Below, piece after piece: positions 1 to 10,242 of a stretch of 64,000 nt of DNA. Below the pieces are notes generated by a model. The model did no database searches, had not been told where the DNA came from, and saw only the letters and a program-made list of their open reading frames with translations. Location of the stretch: the sequence record AP019418.1, one strand, 5' to 3'. The stretch's first letter is position 1. Every line of letters starts with the position of its first letter. Made by a program: the position numbers and the translations under genes.

Positions 1-1518
1 TGAATAGATATCAAAGGCATTGTGTAGACGTTCTAAGCAGCTATTAGCATGAACGATGAACTGAGGGCTATACTGTTTATGCTCTAGTCCATAATGCAGA
101 ATCTCAAGCATTGATTCATTTGATGCCTGCTCTTCAAGTAATTGACCAATGGTCTTCTTACTGTCCTCAACTTCATCTTCAAGATCATCAGCTTCAGCAA
201 CTGCCTCATCAGCAGCTTCATCTGCTTCTTCAACATCATCTTCAGTTACTTCTACATCGACATCTGGAATATCAATTTCACCTTCAGCTAACTTTTCTTC
301 GATGTCATCTTCTGAAACATCATCATCAGCTTCAGCGACAATTGTTTCACTATCATCTTCAACTGCACCTTCTTCAATTGTTGGTTCAGCAATAGTAGAT
401 GCTGTTTCAGTTTCAGCAACTGTTTCTTCAGTTTCAGCTTCATTAATTAATACATCAGTAGAATCACTGTCATCATTAGTTAATTCTTCTTCAGCTTCAT
501 CCCGAACTTCTTCCAATTCGCTTAAGCCTTCTTCAGCTACTTCTGCTGTTTCGGCAGCTTCTTCTACAATTGGATCAGTTACAGCTACTTCTTCATCAAC
601 TGCTACGATTTCATCTGGTTCAGCTTCAGCAGGAACACTTTCAGATTCCGCCTCTACTACTTCAGCTACTTCACTATCAGTTGTATCCGGCGTATCTTCT
701 ACGGTTTCAACAACTTCTGTTTCAGCATCAGCTACAGCTGGTTCAGTAATTTCGACTTCTTCTGTTTCAGTGATCTCTGTCTCAGGTTCATCATTGGAAC
801 TTTCATCAGCAGTTGTTTGCTCAGCACCGGCTTCTTCAGGAGTTACATCGTCATCAATACCAGGGACTGCTTCACTTACAACTTCACCAGCATCTAACAC
901 TTCATCTGGTAGTGTATCCATGGTTGATGAAACAGGTTTATCACCAGCTGGAAGTTCCTCAGATAGTGGTGCAGGCGGTGGAGTTTCGTCACCAAGTGGG
1001 GTTTCTTCAGTGGGGGTTAATTCCACTGCTGTTTCACCAGGTGCTTCTGCAACAGGTACTAGTTCAGTATCATCAGCCGCATCTTGTGCAGCTTCAATAA
1101 TTTCAGTGGTTGAATCTAAAACCTCTTTACCGCCTTCAGAAATTGTACCGATTTCTTCAGCGATTTCAGCTTCAGCAACTTTAACTGCTTCTTCGCCTTC
1201 TTCGACACTAGTGGTAGCTAGCGGTTCAGGAATACTTTCCTCAACAACAGTTTCTTCTGGTACAACTTCTTCAACAATTACTGCTGACTTATCAGCAGCA
1301 TGTGCTGTTTCTTCATGTTCTTCAGCAGAGATAATATCAGTATCTGTTTTAACAGTTTCATTCTCAATAGTTGCAGATGCATCATTATCTTTCTTTAAAT
1401 CTTGAACTAGTTCATGATCATCTTTAACAGATGTCTCGACTTTGGATACATCCTGTTCCACAGCCGTACCATCTTGGTTCTCAAGGCTGGCTACATATTT
1501 GTGAATATTTACCATCAT
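1..1518 (-). CDS. Inner-body/head protein, phiKZ gp97-like; 5' part only, runs off window start (missing from ORF track)
   Basis: Manual translation from ATG 1518 (MMVNIHKYVASLENQDG...) is open to position 1. Extremely Glu/Asp/Ala/Thr-rich, AAGG upstream, S-L-E motif, follows gp96-like gene. Confidence 0.9.
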   Translation of the reverse strand, partial: MMVNIHKYVASLENQDGTAVEQDVSKVETSVKDDHELVQDLKKDNDASATIENETVKTDTDIISAEEHEETAHAADKSAVIVEEVVPEETVVEESIPEPLATTSVEEGEEAVKVAEAEIAEEIGTISEGGKEVLDSTTEIIEAAQDAADDTELVPVAEAPGETAVELTPTEETPLGDETPPPAPLSEELPAGDKPVSSTMDTLPDEVLDAGEVVSEAVPGIDDDVTPEEAGAEQTTADESSNDEPETEITETEEVEITEPAVADAETEVVETVEDTPDTTDSEVAEVVEAESESVPAEAEPDEIVAVDEEVAVTDPIVEEAAETAEVAEEGLSELEEVRDEAEEELTNDDSDSTDVLINEAETEETVAETETASTIAEPTIEEGAVEDDSETIVAEADDDVSEDDIEEKLAEGEIDIPDVDVEVTEDDVEEADEAADEAVAEADDLEDEVEDSKKTIGQLLEEQASNESMLEILHYGLEHKQYSPQFIVHANSCLERLHNAFDIYS

Positions 1519-1617
1519 GTTAATATACCTTCTGTACAGAGTTTATGAGTTATGCTATTCGTCTTAGTCATAACTCCAAGCGACGAACGTTAACATTCAA
1601 AATATTGCGCTGGAATC

Positions 1618-2733
1618 TTACTTTAGATTTTCATCGCATACATTGAGTATGGCAGTCAAATTACGACATGTTAATTTAAATAGGTCGTGATAAGGAATAG
1701 CCAACCAATCAACATATGTTTCTACCAATGAAACAAGTTCTTGTATTTCTCTATCAGGTCGCCCTTCATTACGAGCACGTGTTAGTTCATCTCTAAACCT
1801 GATTAATGCACCTTTAAGAGTCCTTAACCGTTCATTTCGACGAGTACGCATTGATGCAGCATTTGCACGATTGATCTTATCAACTACCTTAACAACTCGA
1901 TCAATAATACTTTCAGTAACTTGATGGTTGAAATGTTCAAATTCTATTTCGACTGGTAGTGGTCTAGGGGTTTCTTCAGATGGAACTAACCGTGAAGAAA
2001 TATCCCTACACTGATCATAAGCACTTGCATTCTTATCGGGATTATAGTTAATTACAATTTGATGATTACCTAGCAAATGCAATGATACAAATCGATTACC
2101 TTGATCGCGATAAACAGATGGTGTGGTTATTTTAGTTGGGGCACTATTTAATAGTAGTTCTGCTAAAGCATCTGGACTAGCATTTGGATTCATATACGAA
2201 GGTATGATATTAGCTGGCCTTAGAATCACATTGTCTAATCCATTGATATACCCATCAACTACTGTCTCCAATACGCGTAAGTGAGATAACAAATTAGCAC
2301 TATTGGTAATAGGTTTATATCTAACACTTAAGTTCTGAATACGAGTTGTAATTAGAAATGTAGGATTCTTATTTTTACGAGTTCTAGCACGACTGTTAAC
2401 TCGTAAGTTTTCTGCTCGAATTGCAACATATTCAGCAGTAGCTGCTAGCACTACTCCACTATCCATCAGTTTCTCAATAGTGGTAACAAATAGTTTTATA
2501 ACTCGATCAATAACATGTTTAATAGTATCACTAATATCTTCAGTAGATACAACATCCTCTAATTCTTTGATAACCCCTTGGATCTGATTATAATCTTCCA
2601 TACCGCCTAATAGATCCATCACTCGCCTAGCTAACGCTTCATCGCCTGATAATAAATCTGCAAGTCTTTTAGGTTCATCAAGATCAATAATCATTTCATC
2701 TGGAGTATCTTTATAAATATCAATTAATTCCAT
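1618..2733 (-). CDS. Virion head protein, gp96-like
   Basis: 371-aa ORF with AGGAG RBS, position between gp95 and gp97 homologs. Confidence 0.75.
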   Translation of the reverse strand: MELIDIYKDTPDEMIIDLDEPKRLADLLSGDEALARRVMDLLGGMEDYNQIQGVIKELEDVVSTEDISDTIKHVIDRVIKLFVTTIEKLMDSGVVLAATAEYVAIRAENLRVNSRARTRKNKNPTFLITTRIQNLSVRYKPITNSANLLSHLRVLETVVDGYINGLDNVILRPANIIPSYMNPNASPDALAELLLNSAPTKITTPSVYRDQGNRFVSLHLLGNHQIVINYNPDKNASAYDQCRDISSRLVPSEETPRPLPVEIEFEHFNHQVTESIIDRVVKVVDKINRANAASMRTRRNERLRTLKGALIRFRDELTRARNEGRPDREIQELVSLVETYVDWLAIPYHDLFKLTCRNLTAILNVCDENLK

Positions 2734-2746
2734 TGCTAACTCCTAA

Positions 2747-2781
2747 CATAAGACGGGACTCTTCCGAGCCCCGTCGATATG
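2747..2781. terminator. Intergenic GC hairpin / intrinsic terminator
   Basis: CATAA-GACGGG...CCCGTC-GATATG inverted repeat just after the gp95 stop. Confidence 0.7.
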
Positions 2782-2794
2782 TCGTCACTTATCA

Positions 2795-4438
2795 TTATTC
2801 TGCTTGGAATTTAGTGTTAATTACACTATTATAAAGTCCAGTTGCAGTATTTGCGTAACGCATTGCTTCACGAATAATGGAGTCATGTTTAGGTGCACTA
2901 TCTGTAATAATAGATGCTACCTTACGTGATACTTCTTCGATCTGTTCTTTAGAAACATCGTCGATTTTATCACTCTCTAGTTTCCGTGAAAGTTGATCAA
3001 CATCATCTTCAAGTTGCTTAATGGCTTTAACAATATTCCGACCGCCAGTGATAACATCAGCTGCATCATCAACCAGATTACGTAGAGCTACTGCTTCTTT
3101 CTTAGCTTGACTCTTATCAAAGTTCTTTAAAGTCACTTCAGTGCCAGGTTCTGCGGCTGTCTCATCATCCGTTAGATATACTTGAGTAGCAGTCGTAGTT
3201 ACAAGCTTATTACCCGGTAAAGTGTTAGATGTACTAGCGTAGTGTTTGAGAGGTCCATCTTGAAGTTTGTCCATCTTCTCAACTAGTTCACTAGCATCAT
3301 TACGCTCTGGATCCCAAGCTTTAAGCACAGTACCAATATTCGTTAGGTAGGTAGCATAGTCTTTTGCATATACAGATGCCATCCATTTAACGATAGGGCC
3401 ATATCCAACGTTAGCTGAAGGCTGAATGAATTTACCATTAGCAAATACGGGTCCACCATTTTTAACAGGAACCGTTAATTCACTGGGTATATTTTCAAAC
3501 TTAGCATTTTGGATAGCTAAAATGAGTTCATCAACTTTTACACTCACACGCGGTACACTATTCTTAAGACTATCCCATACGTGGCTAATAATTTCACGTA
3601 GTTTAGCAATAGCTTTCTTGATATAAGCAAGCGCCTTACGACCTAACTCTTTAATATCCTCAGTTGAAATCTTAACTGGATATAAATGACTTTTACCACC
3701 AGTCGTATAGTTTTCTAATGAGCTAGTTAAAGTATTATCACCAAGTACATGACGATGCGGTAAGAGTGCAGAATGAATAAATGCAGCTGTACTCTGACTG
3801 ATACCATTCATACCAGCTTGTCGAACAAGAGCTTTAATTGACTCTAGGGCATATGCGGTATTTAGACCTTGATTAATATCTTGCACTGCTGTAGTAACTA
3901 CTTGTGCATTACCAATGTCCATGAAATCAGTAGGTTTATCCATATCCACTGCAACAGCGATCTGTGGCACCACGCCATTATGTGCTAGTGGAATAGAACT
4001 ATCTTTAGCAGCCTGGTCAGCAATTTGCTGAGTTACTGTCTCACCACCTTGTGGATCCTCTCCTTCAGCACCTGCTGGAATAACTGTTTCAACAGCAACA
4101 TTAGGTTGTTCAGGAATAGGGGGTACTTCTGTTACTACATCTGTTTCAACTACAGCAACTGGCACAGCAGGTTGTTCGACTAGAGTAGCAGCTGGAGTCT
4201 CAACAATAACACCATTATTAGGAGTATTAACAATAGTGGTATCTGCTTCTACTGGTGCAGTTGGTGTAACACCAACATTATTGTCAGCTACATCTTGAAT
4301 AGTATTTTCAGGTACAGCGTCTTCAGAAGTGCAATCACCACTAGTCATGGCTGCTACTTTATCAACTGCTGTTTCAGGAATAGGTACCTCAGTATAGTCT
4401 TCTAGACTATCTAGATACTCATTGAGTTTAAATGTCAT
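2795..4438 (-). CDS. Inner-body protein, gp95-like (phiKZ internal head protein family)
   Basis: 547 aa; acidic N-terminal propeptide; GISQSTAAF...SLEN...ISTED block shared with neighbours. Confidence 0.85.
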   Translation of the reverse strand: MTFKLNEYLDSLEDYTEVPIPETAVDKVAAMTSGDCTSEDAVPENTIQDVADNNVGVTPTAPVEADTTIVNTPNNGVIVETPAATLVEQPAVPVAVVETDVVTEVPPIPEQPNVAVETVIPAGAEGEDPQGGETVTQQIADQAAKDSSIPLAHNGVVPQIAVAVDMDKPTDFMDIGNAQVVTTAVQDINQGLNTAYALESIKALVRQAGMNGISQSTAAFIHSALLPHRHVLGDNTLTSSLENYTTGGKSHLYPVKISTEDIKELGRKALAYIKKAIAKLREIISHVWDSLKNSVPRVSVKVDELILAIQNAKFENIPSELTVPVKNGGPVFANGKFIQPSANVGYGPIVKWMASVYAKDYATYLTNIGTVLKAWDPERNDASELVEKMDKLQDGPLKHYASTSNTLPGNKLVTTTATQVYLTDDETAAEPGTEVTLKNFDKSQAKKEAVALRNLVDDAADVITGGRNIVKAIKQLEDDVDQLSRKLESDKIDDVSKEQIEEVSRKVASIITDSAPKHDSIIREAMRYANTATGLYNSVINTKFQAE

Positions 4439-4525
4439 GTTATTTCCTCAAGGAATTTCTTTGCGCGCGTTTAACAATAAACCATAGAATTAGGTACTTA
4501 GATAAAAATGAACACTTAGATATAT

Positions 4526-6043
4526 TTATTGGCCATATCTTTCTAATTCCATATTACAAACAGCATTTCGTTGCTTTGCAATACGTAATAGGTAACTAAT
4601 TAGTGTTGCGTATTCTGGTGACATATCGGTAATAAAGCCATTAACTAAAGATATAATCTCATTTGCATCATCACGAGCACCTTTCCAAATAGCTTTAGAC
4701 CTACGTAGCTCCATGTCCTCAATGCCCTGTGCAACCTTCTTCAGTTGTTCAAGGACATCTTTTTCAGCTTTAAATAGATCACCTAAACGACGAATAGCTT
4801 CTTTATTAACTTCTAATGTTTTACGCACTTCAACAGGCGGCCTTGGCTCGATCGTGATTGTATCTGGACCATCACCATGTTTATCTTCACCAAGTCGTGG
4901 AGCATATTTATCTTTCTGGAATATAAGTTTACTATTACCAGGTAGAGAAGTATCTTTTACTTTATCTAACTGATTAGCTTCACCAATAAATTCAAAAGCC
5001 TCTTTAAACTTATCTAGTTCATTATCTTCTAAGTCGTAGTCTTTAATTAATTTAACTACTTTATCAATGTTTGATCTAGCTATATTTGGCCATTCTTTAG
5101 CTAGAAATTGACTAACTTTTGTTTCATTAGTTAAATCGTCTAAAACAAATTCATCACCAATGAATAACATTTTAGGATTGTCAATTTTAATTGACATATC
5201 AAAATCAGGTGTTACCCTTTCATTTGATACAGTTGGCTTATTGATTAAACTTTTCGCTTTTTCAATTAACTCATCAGTTTTATCTTCAACTGATTTGATT
5301 CCAGTTAGTACACGCTGTGCCGCTACTTTAGCTTGTTCAATAACATGGACTATTAAAGCAAGTATCTTTTTACCTATACTTTCAATACGTTCTTTTATTT
5401 CTTCTTGAGAAATATTTACAAAACGCATAGCGCTGCTAGGGGTTGCATTAAAATCTTCAATACTAATCTTTTCAAAGCCGATAAGCTTATCAATTGATTC
5501 TAATGTAACGTGCATAAAAGCAGCTGATTGTTTAGTAATACCTCTATCACCAGCGGTATTTAATAAATCTATAAAACATTCTAAACTAGTACGCGCATGC
5601 AGTAATTGATTTAGCTGATATGTCATGTTTTGAGATGGAGGTGCATCATACGCAAAGATATTTAAATGATCATCATCACTATCTAAATCTTTACCATCCA
5701 CTGGTGTAGGTCTATTATCAGGACTTTCTCGGGTATCATGGGGTGATGCTGGATATTCTTCTGATGCGACGTATGTTTTACCAAATGAATCAACTTCAGT
5801 AACTAAACCACGATCTGATTTCCAATGGATATTAGGTTTATGTGCTTCTTCAACATCTAACCCATTATTAGTTGCTTTTACATCATTTGGTAATTCATCA
5901 ATTAATTTGGCAGCTTCTTCTGGTTCTTTAGATATTTGCTTGTCGTCTGTAGCAGCGTGCTTTAGTTTGGCTTTCGCGACTTTTTCTTTTACTTCGACAA
6001 CACCATAACCTTCTAAACTATCAAGTAACTTATTTAAGTTCAT
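4526..6043 (-). CDS. Internal head/ejected protein, gp94-like
   Basis: 505 aa; GITKQSAAFMH...ISQEE paralog block; GAGG RBS. Confidence 0.85.
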   Translation of the reverse strand: MNLNKLLDSLEGYGVVEVKEKVAKAKLKHAATDDKQISKEPEEAAKLIDELPNDVKATNNGLDVEEAHKPNIHWKSDRGLVTEVDSFGKTYVASEEYPASPHDTRESPDNRPTPVDGKDLDSDDDHLNIFAYDAPPSQNMTYQLNQLLHARTSLECFIDLLNTAGDRGITKQSAAFMHVTLESIDKLIGFEKISIEDFNATPSSAMRFVNISQEEIKERIESIGKKILALIVHVIEQAKVAAQRVLTGIKSVEDKTDELIEKAKSLINKPTVSNERVTPDFDMSIKIDNPKMLFIGDEFVLDDLTNETKVSQFLAKEWPNIARSNIDKVVKLIKDYDLEDNELDKFKEAFEFIGEANQLDKVKDTSLPGNSKLIFQKDKYAPRLGEDKHGDGPDTITIEPRPPVEVRKTLEVNKEAIRRLGDLFKAEKDVLEQLKKVAQGIEDMELRRSKAIWKGARDDANEIISLVNGFITDMSPEYATLISYLLRIAKQRNAVCNMELERYGQ

Positions 6044-6075
6044 TTACAATTCCTCAAGAATACTTAATTACATAG

Positions 6076-6108
6076 CATAAGAGGAACCCCGAAGGGTTCC
6101 TCATTATG
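6076..6108. terminator. Intrinsic terminator hairpin
   Basis: CATAA-GAGGAACCC-CGAA-GGGTTCCTC-ATTATG. Confidence 0.8.
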
Positions 6109-6112
6109 TTTG

Positions 6113-7420
6113 TTACTTCTCATCATTCTCAGATGCTTTAGAAGTTTCTTTGCCATATGCAGCTAGTTCATATTTAACAATAAATGTATATTGCGCAGCG
6201 ATACATTTAGCAATATAGTTAACTAGTGCACTATTGTCAATGCCACCAATATTCAGTGCATCACGCGCTGTTTCTTTTGACATGCCTGCTTCGTCAGGAT
6301 TCCAATCAGCTAGGGCCTTTTCAAGATTCTCAGCAATCTTGTAATCAATCTTATTAAAGTCCTGTAGTTTAATAACAAGACCTTTAAGAATATTAAGATG
6401 TGCTAAGATTTTACTCGGTGCACGGACATCAACTTCAACTTCATGTAGATCCGTTTCCCCATCACCCTCAACAACTTCCCACTTATTCACACCCGACTTA
6501 GAAGAAGTAACTTCTAACTTAACATTACCAGGAGCTTTCTCAACGGCTTTATTAATATCTTCAGCCATCTTAGCTTGTAAATCACTGGTGACTTGATCAA
6601 TATCAATAGACTTGTCACCTTTGAGATAACGTACTCCAAGTTCGCCATATTTCCTAAGAGCAGATACATACTGAGTTGAGAATACAGTCATGAAGTCTGC
6701 AATAGTCTTCGGATTATTTGCAATAAAGCCACTACTAGATACCATATACTCAGAAGGAGTGAACTTAATTTCTTCTTTCTTTAGATCACCGGCTTTGAGT
6801 GATTTAATAGCATCAATAGTTTTAGTAATACGCATATCGAGTGCAATCAGCTTAGGATTAAAATCTTTAATCTTCTGCTTTATCATTGCAACAATCTTCT
6901 TGATAATCTCTAAAGCTTTCTTACCTGCTTCTTTTAGTTTCTCTTTGAGATCCTCAAGAGAGATAACTGCTGCTTTCTGAATAGCGCTGCGTGGAGAAGC
7001 ATCGTAATTCTCAAGCGCGGCAGTGAGTCCAGATTTTTCAATACCTAGGATACGATCAATTGATTCCATGCCAACATGCATGAAGGCAGCTGCTTGACGA
7101 GAGATACCATCTTCACCAGCTTGAAGTAAAAGACCTTGGAACTTTTCAAGTGCTTCTTTAGCATCTTCAATTAGGCCTAATTCATCTTCAGCTTGAACAA
7201 TAGTCACTTCAGTATCTAATGCAGTGGGTTGAACAGCATCATCTGCATCAAGAACTTCTTCTACGGGATTATTCTCAATCTGATCTACTTCTGCTAAAAC
7301 GGATGATACATCAGCAGAAGTTTCATTTTCAACGACTAATTCAACATCACCATGAATCGTAGTGCCTTGATCTTCAATTGATTCAAGTGATAGTTTGTCT
7401 AGCATTTTAAGTAGAGACAT
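6113..7420 (-). CDS. Inner-body protein, gp93-like
   Basis: 435 aa, MSLLKMLDKLSLES start; GISRQAAAFMH...ALEN...ISLED block. Confidence 0.85.
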   Translation of the reverse strand: MSLLKMLDKLSLESIEDQGTTIHGDVELVVENETSADVSSVLAEVDQIENNPVEEVLDADDAVQPTALDTEVTIVQAEDELGLIEDAKEALEKFQGLLLQAGEDGISRQAAAFMHVGMESIDRILGIEKSGLTAALENYDASPRSAIQKAAVISLEDLKEKLKEAGKKALEIIKKIVAMIKQKIKDFNPKLIALDMRITKTIDAIKSLKAGDLKKEEIKFTPSEYMVSSSGFIANNPKTIADFMTVFSTQYVSALRKYGELGVRYLKGDKSIDIDQVTSDLQAKMAEDINKAVEKAPGNVKLEVTSSKSGVNKWEVVEGDGETDLHEVEVDVRAPSKILAHLNILKGLVIKLQDFNKIDYKIAENLEKALADWNPDEAGMSKETARDALNIGGIDNSALVNYIAKCIAAQYTFIVKYELAAYGKETSKASENDEK

Positions 7421-7425
7421 GTTAA

Positions 7426-8748
7426 TTACCTTACCTGGGAGGGATTATTTACTTGTTCTTGCGTAGGTCTTTGAATTGGACGCTGGTAAGCTTTTAATTC
7501 TAACTCGGTCACGAATACTAGTCGACCCATTACTCTGACTAAACCAGCAAGAGCATTACTAAAATCTGTTACAACGCGACTTACATTATTGATCATTAAT
7601 GTAATTGAATTAATGATATTTGAGATAGCAGGGATGCCATCAGGTGCATCCGGATCTTGAACTTTTGCTTGACGATTTCGCATATTAGATTGTTGTGCCC
7701 GAATCCTACCAGCTTGTTGACGATTAGTCTCGGCTAACTGCATTAACCTACCAAATTCAAAATCTAGTTTAGTTGCATAATCTTTTCTAGCATCTATACG
7801 TTTAGCCATTTCGCTTAATAATACTAACCGTCTTCCAATTGAACTCGTATCATTAACCTTAAAGGTATTGTTACCTTCAGGTGCATCCTTCATAGTAGGA
7901 ATAGTATAAAACTTAAAGGCAAAATCACGGACAGTATTTACTAAAAAATCCCAATCCCTGATCTCTTCAGTCTGTGTTTCAGTTGGCCCTGCGCCAAATA
8001 AAGTCTTATTACCTTGAACTGGCATACTACGATAAACTGTAGAACTTACTCTAAATCTATCATCTTTCTTAATAGGTACTGCACCCTTCATCCAGTTCTT
8101 AACATTAAACTTACTAAAGTCTTGTGCAGCTCTATCAGTCCATTTTTCATCAAATGATAATTTCCTAAGGATATCCGCTACAGATTGGATATACAAGAGT
8201 AGGGATTTATCATAGAAAGCTATCAAGTTGTTAACTTGCATGAGTATCGGATCAACTGTAGTCGGTTCGAATTTACCATCAATACTAAATCGTTTAGTAT
8301 TTTTAAATTTTAATTCTTGCTTAAATGGCTCATGCTTAATATTTTCAGCTCTTTCTAAAAGCATGTTTATTCGTTCAAGAGTACGTTGATTACCTTGTGT
8401 AATAACACGTGCATACTCTTTTAACTCATCTCGATGCTTTGCTTGGGATTTTTTCATTTCATCCCAGGTATTTCGTGCTGTCTTAGATAGGTCTTCTAAT
8501 GACACATTCTCAGTTTTTAGAATGTGTTCACTAACAACATCTTGGTTATCTGCATATTTTTGAAATAAGCCATCGGTATAGGTTTTAACTAAAATGTCTT
8601 TTTCAGTGCATTCTAATCTACTTTGAATATCTTCAATTGATGGCAATAATTCTTTTAGATATCCATCGCATGTAGCGATCATATCGACGGGGCTGTCCCC
8701 GTCGATTGATTCAAGTAAGACCGAATGACTAAGTGAATTATTAGTCAT
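7426..8748 (-). CDS. Internal head protein, gp92-like
   Basis: 440 aa, VSLED cleavage-like motif, GAGG RBS, gene order. Confidence 0.75.
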   Translation of the reverse strand: MTNNSLSHSVLLESIDGDSPVDMIATCDGYLKELLPSIEDIQSRLECTEKDILVKTYTDGLFQKYADNQDVVSEHILKTENVSLEDLSKTARNTWDEMKKSQAKHRDELKEYARVITQGNQRTLERINMLLERAENIKHEPFKQELKFKNTKRFSIDGKFEPTTVDPILMQVNNLIAFYDKSLLLYIQSVADILRKLSFDEKWTDRAAQDFSKFNVKNWMKGAVPIKKDDRFRVSSTVYRSMPVQGNKTLFGAGPTETQTEEIRDWDFLVNTVRDFAFKFYTIPTMKDAPEGNNTFKVNDTSSIGRRLVLLSEMAKRIDARKDYATKLDFEFGRLMQLAETNRQQAGRIRAQQSNMRNRQAKVQDPDAPDGIPAISNIINSITLMINNVSRVVTDFSNALAGLVRVMGRLVFVTELELKAYQRPIQRPTQEQVNNPSQVR

Positions 8749-8757
8749 AGATAGTCC

Positions 8758-9303
8758 TCAGTCCTTATCTATTACTTCTACAGATCCAAATAGTAGATGT
8801 AGGGTATACATTAGATCATTCATACCGTTTTTGTGTTTAACCCAATTCTGGATCATTGAAACAGTATCTAGATCTAATTTTAACTCATTAAAGAGAGTAG
8901 CAATTTCAGCGCGCGGTTCAATGAGTTGTGCACCAGCATCTGGTTCAGTAGCTAGTAACATTGGCCATTGGGTAATTGAAATACGTCGATGACCCGTAGC
9001 AATGTATCGAACAGTATCTAATAGGAATTGATAATTATAACTATCAATATTACTATTATTGTCCTGTAGAATAAACCAATTATAGTTTCCGCTAAAAAGA
9101 CGAATAGCACAAGCTAGAACTTTCTTATGGAATTCCCAATATGCAGTTTGTGCAGGAAAGTTGGTAAAGATAAGATATAGTTCTTCAACTTGAGGATCAC
9201 CGGGACGAGCAGTGAACCGTGAAATGGCCTGTTGTTGACCACCTGAGTAATTACGACCAAATGGGCGTACAGCATTAGTTGCTGGCATATCAATGCCCTC
9301 CAT
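8758..9303 (-). CDS. Virion protein, gp91-like
   Basis: 181-aa ORF coupled to upstream stop; gene order. Confidence 0.65.
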   Translation of the reverse strand: MEGIDMPATNAVRPFGRNYSGGQQQAISRFTARPGDPQVEELYLIFTNFPAQTAYWEFHKKVLACAIRLFSGNYNWFILQDNNSNIDSYNYQFLLDTVRYIATGHRRISITQWPMLLATEPDAGAQLIEPRAEIATLFNELKLDLDTVSMIQNWVKHKNGMNDLMYTLHLLFGSVEVIDKD

Positions 9304-10235
9304 TAGTGACCAAGAGATAGTAGATCACGATGGTTAGCAAAGAACTCAGATGCGCGATCTTGGATCATACCTAGGCGATAGTTATAATCAGAGATACGAA
9401 TTTCATACTCTTTAATAAGCTTCTGTAGGCGTGCATCCACTTTACCATTACTTTGCATTTCCCGCATTTCTTGTAAACGTAGTTGAAGTGCAAGGAATTC
9501 TTGCTCAGCTTCTTTAAAACGTTCAACCTGATACTCAGCTAAGAACTTGCCAAATAGCACGAACGGGTTCTGACGAGGTGAGAAGCCATCCATGTTAAGT
9601 GGATCACGTTGAGCTATAGAGAGAGCACTCACAGCTACATCATAAGTACCTTCATTGACTTCAGCACTAGATGCACGACTTAAGCGTTGTTTCAGTTCAT
9701 TAGTCTTAAGACTCATTGCTGGATACAGAGTAATGAATTGCGCCATATTAGTGTATAGCCATTCTTTCTCAGCACGAGATGATTTTAATTCTGTAGCCTT
9801 ACCTAATTTCATTGCTTCTTGTGCAATTAGATTTAGTAGTAGTTTACGGCCATAACGAATATAGAAACTAAGACCATCAACAAAACGTAACATGTTTGCA
9901 CGGTCAAAGGTTAGATTAGAGTTAGTAAACTGAATAGCAAATAAACGCCGGATTTCGCTTTCGATCATATCAAAGCTACCACGAATATTTGAAAGAGTAT
10001 CCAGTACTAGTTTAATCGGTTCAGTATTAAAACTAATCGCTCGCCGTAGTTCAGTAGATAACCGCATACCTAAATCTGATTTAAGTTGCATATTACCAAA
10101 TACTTCACCTACATCGTCAATAATTGGTGCGAGAGTTGCATCATATTCTTCACGTAATGAACGGATTTGATTTAATAGTTCACGACGTTCAGTAACTGGT
10201 GCGAGTTCACGTACATAATCAATAATTCTCATCAC
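9303..10235 (-). CDS. Inner-body protein, gp90-like
   Basis: 310-aa helical protein, AAGGA RBS, gene order. Confidence 0.75.
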   Translation of the reverse strand: MMRIIDYVRELAPVTERRELLNQIRSLREEYDATLAPIIDDVGEVFGNMQLKSDLGMRLSTELRRAISFNTEPIKLVLDTLSNIRGSFDMIESEIRRLFAIQFTNSNLTFDRANMLRFVDGLSFYIRYGRKLLLNLIAQEAMKLGKATELKSSRAEKEWLYTNMAQFITLYPAMSLKTNELKQRLSRASSAEVNEGTYDVAVSALSIAQRDPLNMDGFSPRQNPFVLFGKFLAEYQVERFKEAEQEFLALQLRLQEMREMQSNGKVDARLQKLIKEYEIRISDYNYRLGMIQDRASEFFANHRDLLSLGH

Positions 10236-10242
10236 TCAGTCC

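Noticed and set aside
111-1405. Plus-strand Ser-rich 418-aa ORF and the Gln/His/Leu-rich ORFs at 111 and 813
   Set aside because: Antisense shadows of the GAA/GCT-rich minus-strand gp97 frame; composition mirrors the reverse complement of Glu/Ala codons
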